NCBI GenBank assembly: GCA_038213805.1
Contig: JBBQSO010000022.1
Span: 1-64,000 of the forward strand
Reading direction: 5' to 3'
DNA from: Planctomycetota bacterium
GTDB taxonomy: Bacteria > Planctomycetota > UBA11346
Length of the DNA: 64,000 nucleotides
Of the stretch, positions 20,867-29,400 are shown one piece after another. Below the pieces are notes generated by a model that searched no databases, was not told the origin of the DNA, and saw only the letters and a program-made list of their open reading frames with translations. The position numbers were made by a program, and so were the translations under genes. Each line of letters opens with the position of its first letter. The first letter of the stretch is position 1.

Positions 20867-22624
20867 ATGAATCCTCCCACCGCCAGCGCCATCAAGCCCC
20901 TGCCCACGCTCGTCGAACAGGAGCTGGCCAAGTACCAGAGCACCCTCGATGCGCTGCACGCCGGAGCGATCGACAACGACAAGGTGTTCAAGCCCTTCCG
21001 CTTGGTGCACGGCGTCTACGGCCAGCGCCAGGGCGGCGAGAACCAGATGGTGCGCATCAAGCTGAAGTACGGCGTGGTCACGCCCGACCAGATGCGCGCG
21101 CTGGCGAATTGCGCCGAGAAATATGCCAACGGCGTCAGCCACATCACCACCCGCCAGGCCATCCAGTACCACTACGTCCAGCTCGACCACACCCCCAAGA
21201 TGCTGCGCGAACTGGAGGAGGCCGGCCTGACCACGCGCGAGGCCTGCGGCAACGCGGTGCGCGCAGTGTGCGGCAGCCCCAACGCCGGCATCCTGCATGA
21301 CGAGCCCTTCGCTATCGACGCCTACAGCGAAGCGGTCTTCCAGCACTTCCTGCGCGGACCGCGCTCGGCGAGCCTGCCGCGCAAGTTCAAGATCGCGCTG
21401 GCCTCGTCCGACAGTGATCCGCTGCAGCAGGTCAACATCCAGGACATCGGCATCACCGCGGTGACCGTGGATGGCGTTCAAGGCTTCCGCATCGTCGCCG
21501 CCGGTGGCCTGGGCGCCGTCCCGGTCGCGCCGATCAAGCTCTACGACTGTCTGCCCAAGGACCAGCTCATCCCGGTGTGCGACGCCCTGGTGCGCGTGCA
21601 CCACGTGCACGGCGACCGCCAGAACCGCGCCAAGGCGCGCCTCAAGTTCGTGCTCAAGGCCAAGGGCGACGCCGGCTTCCGCGCGCTCTTCGAGGAGCAG
21701 CTCGCGCTCGCCAAGGCTGACGGCATAACCGGCCAGGCCTTCCCCGACCGCCTGCCCGCCGCCAACCCAACGCCGATCCCGGCCGCGACCGGGGCCGAGG
21801 GCCAGTGGCGCCTCGACAACTGCCGCCCGCACCGCGAGGCGGGCCTTGCCGTGGTCAGCGTCTGCATCCCGCGCGGTGACGTCCCGGCACGCGAGATGCG
21901 CGTGCTGGCCGACCTCTGCGAGTGGTTCAGCGCCGGCGACGCGCGCTCGACCAACGACCAGAACATCGTCTTCCGCCGGGTGAAGCACGAGCACCTGCCG
22001 CAGCTCTTCACCGAGCTCGAGAAGCTCGGCTACACCCGTCAGGCGCACGGCCTGGTCGACGTGGTTAGCTGCCCCGGTGCCAGCACCTGCCAGCTGGGCA
22101 TCACCCAGTCGAAGAACCTGGCCAAGGAGCTCGAGGTCGCGCTCAAGGCGATCGGCGCCGACGCCCGCACCTTGAACGGCCACATCAACATCAGCGGCTG
22201 CCCGAACAGCTGCGGCCAGCATCACATCGGCACCATCGGCATGCACGGCGCTGCCTCGAAGATCGGCGATAAGCTGGTGCCCCACTACGTGCTGTTCGTC
22301 GGCGGCGGCGACGAGGGTGCGAAGATCTTCCACGCGACCATGGTCGCGCGCATCCCGGCGCGCAAGGCCGTCGCCGCCGTCGCGGCGCTGGCGGGCTGGT
22401 ACCAGGCCGAGCGCACCGGCAGCGAGTCCTTCGCGCAGTACCTGCGCCGCCTGGTCGGCGAGGGCCTGGACAAGGACGGCGTCAAGGCCGCCAAGGCCAA
22501 GCTCAAGGAGCGCCTGGTCCCGATCACCTCGATCACCGAGGCGACCGAGGCCGACCTGCACGACCTGGGCACGGACAAGCTGTTCAGCCTGGATGAGCTG
22601 GGCGCGGGCGAGTGCATGGCCTGA
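20867..22624 (+). CDS. Nitrite/sulfite reductase hemoprotein (siroheme/4Fe-4S)
   Basis: HITTRQAIQ, ACGNAVR, LPRKFKI, and the ligand motifs SCPGASTC and SGCPNSCGQH. Confidence 0.92.
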   Translation: MNPPTASAIKPLPTLVEQELAKYQSTLDALHAGAIDNDKVFKPFRLVHGVYGQRQGGENQMVRIKLKYGVVTPDQMRALANCAEKYANGVSHITTRQAIQYHYVQLDHTPKMLRELEEAGLTTREACGNAVRAVCGSPNAGILHDEPFAIDAYSEAVFQHFLRGPRSASLPRKFKIALASSDSDPLQQVNIQDIGITAVTVDGVQGFRIVAAGGLGAVPVAPIKLYDCLPKDQLIPVCDALVRVHHVHGDRQNRAKARLKFVLKAKGDAGFRALFEEQLALAKADGITGQAFPDRLPAANPTPIPAATGAEGQWRLDNCRPHREAGLAVVSVCIPRGDVPAREMRVLADLCEWFSAGDARSTNDQNIVFRRVKHEHLPQLFTELEKLGYTRQAHGLVDVVSCPGASTCQLGITQSKNLAKELEVALKAIGADARTLNGHINISGCPNSCGQHHIGTIGMHGAASKIGDKLVPHYVLFVGGGDEGAKIFHATMVARIPARKAVAAVAALAGWYQAERTGSESFAQYLRRLVGEGLDKDGVKAAKAKLKERLVPITSITEATEADLHDLGTDKLFSLDELGAGECMA

Positions 22625-22656
22625 ACCGCCTGGCGGTTGGGTCCGCAGGAAATGCA

Positions 22657-22686
22657 AACGACCCGCTCCGGACGGAGCGGGTCGTT
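22657..22686. terminator. Hairpin terminator between convergent genes
   Basis: AACGACCCGCTCC-ggac-GGAGCGGGTCGTT. Confidence 0.7.
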
Positions 22687-22714
22687 CGCTTTCATCCGGG
22701 CCCGTAGTGCTGCG

Positions 22715-23302
22715 CTAGCGCTTGCGCGCCACCGGCTTCACGGGTGGCTTGGTGCCCTTCTGCGCGCTCCTGCTTGTCGGCAGGCGCCCTTTGGCCATCG
22801 CCTTGCGCATGCGCTTGAGCAGGTCGGTGTCGTGCTCGTCGCGGTAGGGCTTCAGGTCAAGGTCCGGGGGCAGTTTGGTCAGCCGTTCGTCGCCCAGGTT
22901 CTTGATGTAGCGCTGCATGAACTTGTCGTAGGCGTCCCAGGGTACCTTGTCGGCGACCACTGCGGCCTCTTCCGCCCGCAGCGCGATCTGGTGGGCGTGC
23001 TGGTAGTGCAGTTTGAGCGCATCGATCAGGGTCTTCTCAACGGTCTCGTGCAGGATGAGGTAGCGGTCGACCGAGATCGGCCGCTTGCGCCAGTGCATGA
23101 GCTGCGGCACGTGGCGGTCGATGTAGATGGTCTTGCCGTCCTCACTGTAGCCGGCGAGGTAGGGGATGTCGTGGCGGCGGTCGATGCGTGTACGGCGGAT
23201 GATCGCGTCCAGGGCGCGGTCGAGCATCAGTCCGGAGATGAACCAGTCGGGCACGCCCAACTTGCTGTGCGAGGCGATGGGGTGGCAGCAATCGAGCGGC
23301 AT
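22715..23302 (-). CDS. Hypothetical protein with HExxE motif
   Basis: GGAG RBS before MPLDCCH; IPYLAGYS..TIYID..YLILHETVE..AHQIA; basic C-terminal tail. Confidence 0.7.
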   Translation of the reverse strand: MPLDCCHPIASHSKLGVPDWFISGLMLDRALDAIIRRTRIDRRHDIPYLAGYSEDGKTIYIDRHVPQLMHWRKRPISVDRYLILHETVEKTLIDALKLHYQHAHQIALRAEEAAVVADKVPWDAYDKFMQRYIKNLGDERLTKLPPDLDLKPYRDEHDTDLLKRMRKAMAKGRLPTSRSAQKGTKPPVKPVARKR

Positions 23303-23407
23303 GATGGCTCCGATGATGGCGATGGTGGCGGCGGTTTGGGAGTAGCAGCTGAGAGGAGCAGGGGCGTGCAATCTGGGCGGGTGGCCGTGAAATGAGAAGC
23401 GGCGGAA

Positions 23408-24193
23408 CTATCCGATCGAACCCTTTTCGATCTTGAGGTCCTCGCGCAGCTCGACGCGGTCGACGGTGCCGTCCTTGATCCACAGCACGCGGTCGCTGAC
23501 CGCGAGCATCTCGTGGTCGTGGGTGGCGCTGATTATCGTCACGCCCTTCTTGATCTTGAGTTCGACGAGCAGGCGGATGATCTCGAGACCGGTCTTGGAG
23601 TCGAGGTTGGCGGTCGGCTCGTCGGCGAGGATGATCGCCGGGTCGTTCGCCAGGCTGCGCGCGATGGCGACGCGCTGCTGCTGGCCGCCGGACAGCTCGC
23701 TGGGCTTGTTGTCGAGGCGGTGGCCAATGCCGACCAGTTCGCACAATCCAGCGGCCTTGTGCCGTGCCACGTCGCCCGGCGTCCCTGCGAAGGTCATCGG
23801 CAGCATCACGTTTTCGATCGCGGTCATCACCGGGATGAGGTTGTAGCTCTGGAAGATGTAACCAATCTTGCGGCAGCGCAGCCAGGCGAGCTCGCGCGCG
23901 TCGAGTTGGGCGATGTCGACCTCGTCGATGTAGACCTGGCCCGAAGTCGGCCGGTCGAGGCCGCCGATGGCGTTGAAGAAGGTCGATTTTCCCGAGCCGG
24001 AGGGACCCATGATCGCCAGATACTCGCCGGCGTAGATCTCCATGGTCACGCCGCGCAGCGCCTGCACCGGTTCGGCATTGCCGCGCTGGTAGACCTTGCG
24101 CACATCGCGCGCGCGCACGATCACCGTGCGCTCGGAGGCATAGGCGCGGTGGCGCTCGTTGTTCTCGGGGTCCCAATAGGTCTGGTAGGTCAT
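23408..24193 (-). CDS. ABC transporter ATP-binding protein (LolD/MacB type)
   Basis: GPSGSGKST, LSGGQQQRVAIAR, ILADEPT and ATHD. Start trimmed to MTYQTY because the upstream frame is repeat-derived. Confidence 0.95.
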   Translation of the reverse strand: MTYQTYWDPENNERHRAYASERTVIVRARDVRKVYQRGNAEPVQALRGVTMEIYAGEYLAIMGPSGSGKSTFFNAIGGLDRPTSGQVYIDEVDIAQLDARELAWLRCRKIGYIFQSYNLIPVMTAIENVMLPMTFAGTPGDVARHKAAGLCELVGIGHRLDNKPSELSGGQQQRVAIARSLANDPAIILADEPTANLDSKTGLEIIRLLVELKIKKGVTIISATHDHEMLAVSDRVLWIKDGTVDRVELREDLKIEKGSIG

Positions 24194-24209
24194 GCGGCCT
24201 CCGGCCGCG

Positions 24210-24324
24210 GTCCGGAAGTCCAGAAGTCCGGAAGTCCGGAAGTCGGCGACGGAAAGCCACCCGCGATCCCGGTCAGCAGTCTGCCGTCGACTCGCGGACT
24301 TCCGAACTTCCGGACTTCCGGACT
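24210..24324. repeat. Inverted pair of GTCCGGAA tandem arrays
   Basis: About 4 units at 24210-24244 and about 4 reverse-complement units at 24295-24324. Confidence 0.85.
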
Positions 24325-24423
24325 CCAACCCGCCTCCATGCGGACTCGCCCAGTATCGGCCAAGCGGTCGATGCGAATTACGTAGCAGAGATCCATAGCA
24401 TCACTCCCAAGGGTCGGACCCGG

Positions 24424-26406
24424 TCAGAACGACAACTGGAACACCGAGGCGGAGAGGAACTTGACGCCGACCGCAAACGCGGTGGCCAGGCCGGCGCCGC
24501 ACGAGTAGCCGGCGAACAGCACCGGCGCGTAGCCGCGCCAGCGCTCGGTTCCGAAGCGGCGTTCGAGCACGTAGCGCCCGAACAGCGCGCCGACCAGCTG
24601 CAGCAGCAGGTACTGCGGGATCGAGCCGCCAAGGCCCTTGACCACGCCATAGAGCAGCAGGATGGGCAGGCCGAAGGCCGAGAGCCCGGCGTAGGTGGCC
24701 ACGCCGATGACGCCACCGGCGGCGATGATGCCGGGCTTGACCGCCTCCATGAACGGGCTGAAGCCGCCGGTGGTGGCGGTGTAGACCAGGCACTGCTGGC
24801 GCGCGTTGAGTTCCCAGAGCTGTTGCGCGTAGGGGTATTGCGGGCCCGGGATCGGACCGAGCGACCAGATGAACTGCCCATAGAGGATCGACAGCGCGAA
24901 GACCAGCGGGGTGACCACCAGGGTCATCTTCCAGATCGAGCGGAACGAGCAGCCGACGAGTTCGGCGATGCGGTAGTTGACGGTGTCCTCGCCGCCGAAG
25001 TTGCGCATCGGGATGGGCAGCAGCCAGATCTCGATGCCCTGGAAGCCGGAGAAGATGAAGGCCGCCTCGCGGATGTACGGCAGGTCGAGCGCCTGCCCGG
25101 CGAGGCCTTCCAGGCGCGCGGTGACGTAGCTGACCAACGGCGTGTAGATGAAGGCGAAGAACAGCAGCACCCACAGCAGCCGGCTGCCGCGGAAGTCCCA
25201 GTGCAGCAGGAAGCCGCACAGCAGGATGTAGAAGGTCGAGCTGGCGAGGTAGGTCAGGATGATCAGCAACGTGCGGATGTCGCCTCGCGCGCGAGAGGCG
25301 TGCGCCGGCGCCGCCACCACCGTGGCACGGTCGAAGGATGGCTCACGCCCCCGGCGCAGGGTGGCCAGCGACTGCCAGATGCCAATGCCGGCCACCGCCA
25401 GCGCCAGGCCGATGCCGAAGCTCAGGTAGAAGTCGACGCTGTTATTGTAGAGGATCTCGGTGGTGCTCATGCCCGGCTTCCAGCTGGTCAGCACGTGGTA
25501 TTTGAACAGCAGCGGATTGGCGATGCAGGTGATGAACAGGGCGAGCGCCGCGCCGACCACGCCGAAGAACGGCAGGGCCATGCCGAGGAAGAAGTTGCCG
25601 AGGTCGAAGCTGATGCCGGTCGGGGTCGCCGGCAGCAGGTCCTGGGTGGTGGTCGAGGTCTCGAGCCACGGCAGCGGCAGGATCTGAAGCGGCGCGTTCA
25701 TGCCCAGCGCCGTCGAGATCACCGGCACGCCGGCGTAGATGAAGCCGAAGACCAGGCCGAAGGCCGCGCCGATCGAGAAGCAGCGCCAGCGCCAGCCCTC
25801 GTTGCCGGTGAGGTTCTCGGACAACGCGGTGACGCCGGCTGCGCCCATCGGCGCCATCGGGAAGGGCAGCTTCTCAATGTCGCTGGTGATGCGGAACAGG
25901 CCGTAGCCCAGCACCAGGCTGTCGATGCGCCCGATCACCTGCGAGATGAACAGCAGCACGATCGGCACGAACCATTCCCACATGAAGAAGCTGCGCTTGT
26001 CGAGTACTGCCGGGTCGCTGGGCGCAAACCAGGTCGGGAAGCTGTCGGTCAGCCCGAAGCCGCGCGCCGCCTCGGACTGGACCAGGAACTGGTTCCAGAA
26101 GAAGCTCTGCATCGGGCTGCCGACCAGCGTGCCGACCATGGCGAAGAGGATGAAGATCTCGGCCGGCTTGAGCGACGAGCGCGCGCGCTTGGCGACTTCC
26201 AGGAAGAGGATCACCGTCACCCACTTGGCGGCCGGGCCGATGCCCTCGCCGATCGCCAGGCTCATGTACATCGAGGCCGGCAGCATGAGCAGGCCGACGA
26301 ACACCGCGCCGAGCAGGGTGCGCCAGCTGAAGCCGTCGTCCCAGGTGCCGGGCGCTTTGACCAGGTCGCGGTACTGCTGCAGCTCGCGGTCGGCGAGGGC
26401 GCTCAT
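24424..26406 (-). CDS. OPT-superfamily-like (oligopeptide/YSL) polytopic transporter
   Basis: Many TM helices; DGFSWRTLLGA and DIEKLPFPMA motifs; ATGA overlap with the upstream gene. Confidence 0.75.
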   Translation of the reverse strand: MSALADRELQQYRDLVKAPGTWDDGFSWRTLLGAVFVGLLMLPASMYMSLAIGEGIGPAAKWVTVILFLEVAKRARSSLKPAEIFILFAMVGTLVGSPMQSFFWNQFLVQSEAARGFGLTDSFPTWFAPSDPAVLDKRSFFMWEWFVPIVLLFISQVIGRIDSLVLGYGLFRITSDIEKLPFPMAPMGAAGVTALSENLTGNEGWRWRCFSIGAAFGLVFGFIYAGVPVISTALGMNAPLQILPLPWLETSTTTQDLLPATPTGISFDLGNFFLGMALPFFGVVGAALALFITCIANPLLFKYHVLTSWKPGMSTTEILYNNSVDFYLSFGIGLALAVAGIGIWQSLATLRRGREPSFDRATVVAAPAHASRARGDIRTLLIILTYLASSTFYILLCGFLLHWDFRGSRLLWVLLFFAFIYTPLVSYVTARLEGLAGQALDLPYIREAAFIFSGFQGIEIWLLPIPMRNFGGEDTVNYRIAELVGCSFRSIWKMTLVVTPLVFALSILYGQFIWSLGPIPGPQYPYAQQLWELNARQQCLVYTATTGGFSPFMEAVKPGIIAAGGVIGVATYAGLSAFGLPILLLYGVVKGLGGSIPQYLLLQLVGALFGRYVLERRFGTERWRGYAPVLFAGYSCGAGLATAFAVGVKFLSASVFQLSF

Positions 26407-29400
26407 GGGGCGTCTCCCACCGTCGGCAGCGCCGGCGCGGGCTCGTGCGCGGCGAGGCGCGCGCCGGCCTGCTCATCGCCGCCGGCGGCGCGGTAGCGGT
26501 CCATGGCCTCGGGCGCGAGGGTGCGCCAGACCAGGAATTGCTGGCGCAGCTGGCGCATGAAGGCGACGTTGGCGCGCCGCCACGCCGAGCGCTGGCCCGA
26601 GAGCAGTTCGAGCTCGATGCGCACCGCATAGATCGCGCCCACGTCGGTGCGCTCGGCGATCAGGGTGAAGCGTTGGCTGATACCGAGGTCGAAGGGCGCC
26701 AGCCAGGTCGTGGCGGTGACCGCGAAGCGCGGGTCGTCGATGGTCAGGAAGGCCTCTGCGGCGGTGAAGGCGCCGGTCGAGGCTTCGGTGTGGAGTTCGA
26801 GCCAGCGGCGCAGGAAGGCGAGCAGGCCGCGGATGTCGCGCGCCGCGACGGTGAAGGGGAAGGCCGCGGCGATGCTGTCGCCTTCCGGCTTGGGCAGGCG
26901 GAACTCGCCACCGCTGCCGGGATTGGCGGTGCGCGAGGCGACCAGCGCCGGGTAGAGCGCCGAGAGCAGCACCGTGGCCATGACGATGAGGATGGTCAGC
27001 ACCGCGGCGAAACTCGAGTAGTTGAGATCGGGCCGGGTGCCGAAACCGAGGTCGGCGGCGAAGCCGAGCGCCGAGACCGTGCCCTGCGCGAGCATGTAGC
27101 CGCCGATGCCGCCCAGCACCGCATAGATGCCGGCCTCAACCAGGAACAGCGCCGCGACGTGCGTCGGCGACAGCCCGAGCGAGGCGTAGATGAAGATCTC
27201 GCGGCCGCGCTCCGCCACCGAGTTGAGCATGGTCGAGAAGATCACCAGGCCACCGAGGATCAGCGGCACCAGCACCGACCCGAGCCCCGCCACCGAGATG
27301 CGGCTGACTCCGGTGAGCAGGTAGCTTTCGCCCTGGTCGCCGACGCGCAGGGTGGTCGCCACCTGCTGGGCGAGGTCATCGGCGAGCCGGGCGAGGTCGA
27401 TGGTGGAATCGCGTGGCACCAGGCTGATCGCGCGCAGCGTGCCGCCCAACCCGGCGACGGTCTCGGCGCGCGCAACCGCCACCGCCGCGGCGCCGAGGTG
27501 CACCACGGAATTGCTTTCGACGCTGGGCGCGTCGCCGCTCGCGCTGCCGGCCTGGGCCGCGGCTTGGCCTTGCTCGAGCGCCTCGAGGGCGAGCGGGGTC
27601 GGCGCCTCGCCGCCGAGCTGGGTGACGCCGGCCAGGGCGCGCACGTCGATCAACCCGGCCAGCATCTCGCGTCCGCGGAAACGCAGCTTGCCACCGGGCT
27701 GGACGCCGATGCGGCGCAAGATCTCCTCGGGCAGGAACAGCCAGTCGCCGGCGTCGCCGAAGCCCCGCGGCGTGCCGAGCGCGGCCGGGCCGCGCAGCAG
27801 CGCCGATTCGATGCCGGTGGGATCGCCCGGACGCACACCGACCACACCGGTGACCTGGCTGGAGCCACCCGGGCCGCTGAGCGGGAACTTGGGATTCTCG
27901 GCGGACGGCTGCATCCAGCGCAGCGGATAGGCGACCAGTTGCGTGCCCCAGCTCGACTCCATGCGCTCGAGGGTCGGCTCGGGCAACGCCGACCAGCCGT
28001 TGAAGCGCAGCAGTACACCCTGGTAGGGGGCCGGCGCGTCGAGGGCGATGCGCTGGGTGCCGTTGACCGGATTGAAGCCCGCGAAGGTCAGCAGGATGAA
28101 GGTCATCAGCACCACCGTCGCCGCGGTCAGCGCGGTGCGCAGCGGGCGGCGGCGCATGTTGCTGGTGCCCAGCGCGACGGTGGCGAGCAGCACGCCCAGG
28201 CGGCTGACGTCGGCACGGTGGTGGCCCTCGCCGGCCATGCGGATGGCTTCCATCTCCTGCTCGAAGCGCGCAGCGATGATGCCGATCACCCACATGCTCA
28301 TGAGGATGATGACGAAGGCGAGGAAGATGATCATCGGCGTGGTGGCGAGCGAGAACGCCGGGTGGAAGCACAGGAAGAACAGGAACACCACGGTGAAGCA
28401 GCCGGCGAAGCCCGCGACCTTGCGCACCACCGTGCCGCCGGCCAGAAACAGGCGCTCGCAGATCAGCGCGAAGGGGATGGCGAAGAACAGCAGCACGACC
28501 AGGCCGTAGACCACGTCGTTGGCGGTGGCGAGCAGGTTCGGGTAGACGCGGCTAGTCAGCGCCCAGGACGCTTGCGCCGCGCCGCTTGCTCCGGCGACGT
28601 CGCCGCGCTGCCAGGCCTGGCGCGCCAGGGTCAGCTGACGTTCGGCGGCGGCGTGCAGGGTGACCAGGCTGTCCGGCTCGATGCCGCTGCGGCGCAGCAG
28701 GGCAAGGCGCTGCTCGTCGAGGTGCCACATGTCCTCGGCGGCGTCGAGGGGGGTCAAGCGCGCGAGCGCGCCGCCGGCGTTGCGCCCGGCGTACTCGCCG
28801 GCCTTGCCGCCGGGCTCGCCGAGCAGCACCAGACGGTTGCCGACGCGGCCCTGCGAGGCGGTGACCAGCAGCGGCACGTCAGGCTCGGTGAACACCGCGA
28901 CCTGCCCGTCGGCGGCCTCACAGTGGTAGAAGTTGGGTTGGGCGTTGCGGTAGGCCGAGAGCGGCGTGACCGCGCCGAGCTCGGTGAGCAGGCGCGGGTC
29001 GAAGGCGCCATGCAGGCGGCTGGGCACGGCGCGGAACAGCAGCACCAGCTTGTCCTCGAGCTTCTGGTTGATGCCCAGCTCCAGTCCGGGGTTGGTCTTC
29101 TGCTGGCCGCCGCTGGCGATGACGTGGGTGATTGCGCCGCGCGCGTCGCAGCCGTAGATGGTCAGCGGCAGCCCGTGGCCCATGCCGGGGGAGAACTCGC
29201 TCTCGAACAGCACCTGGGCGTTGCCGGCGAGGTCGCCCCACGCGGTCTCCCACGCGCGCACGTCGCCGACCAGGTCGGAGCGCCAACCGAAGACCATGGT
29301 GCTGAGCGCGAAGGGGAAGGGCCGCCGGCCGTTCTTCGAACCGGTGGCGCGCGCCTCGACGGCGATCAGCGGCTGCTTGAAGACCAGCGTCTTGGGCTTG

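Noticed and set aside
24194..24328. N-terminal ORF extensions (ABC ATPase MESGSPEVRK.., likewise lepA 13324-13425 and ilvD 14686-14865)
   Set aside because: These are translations of intergenic repeats; better starts lie downstream next to the conserved domains.
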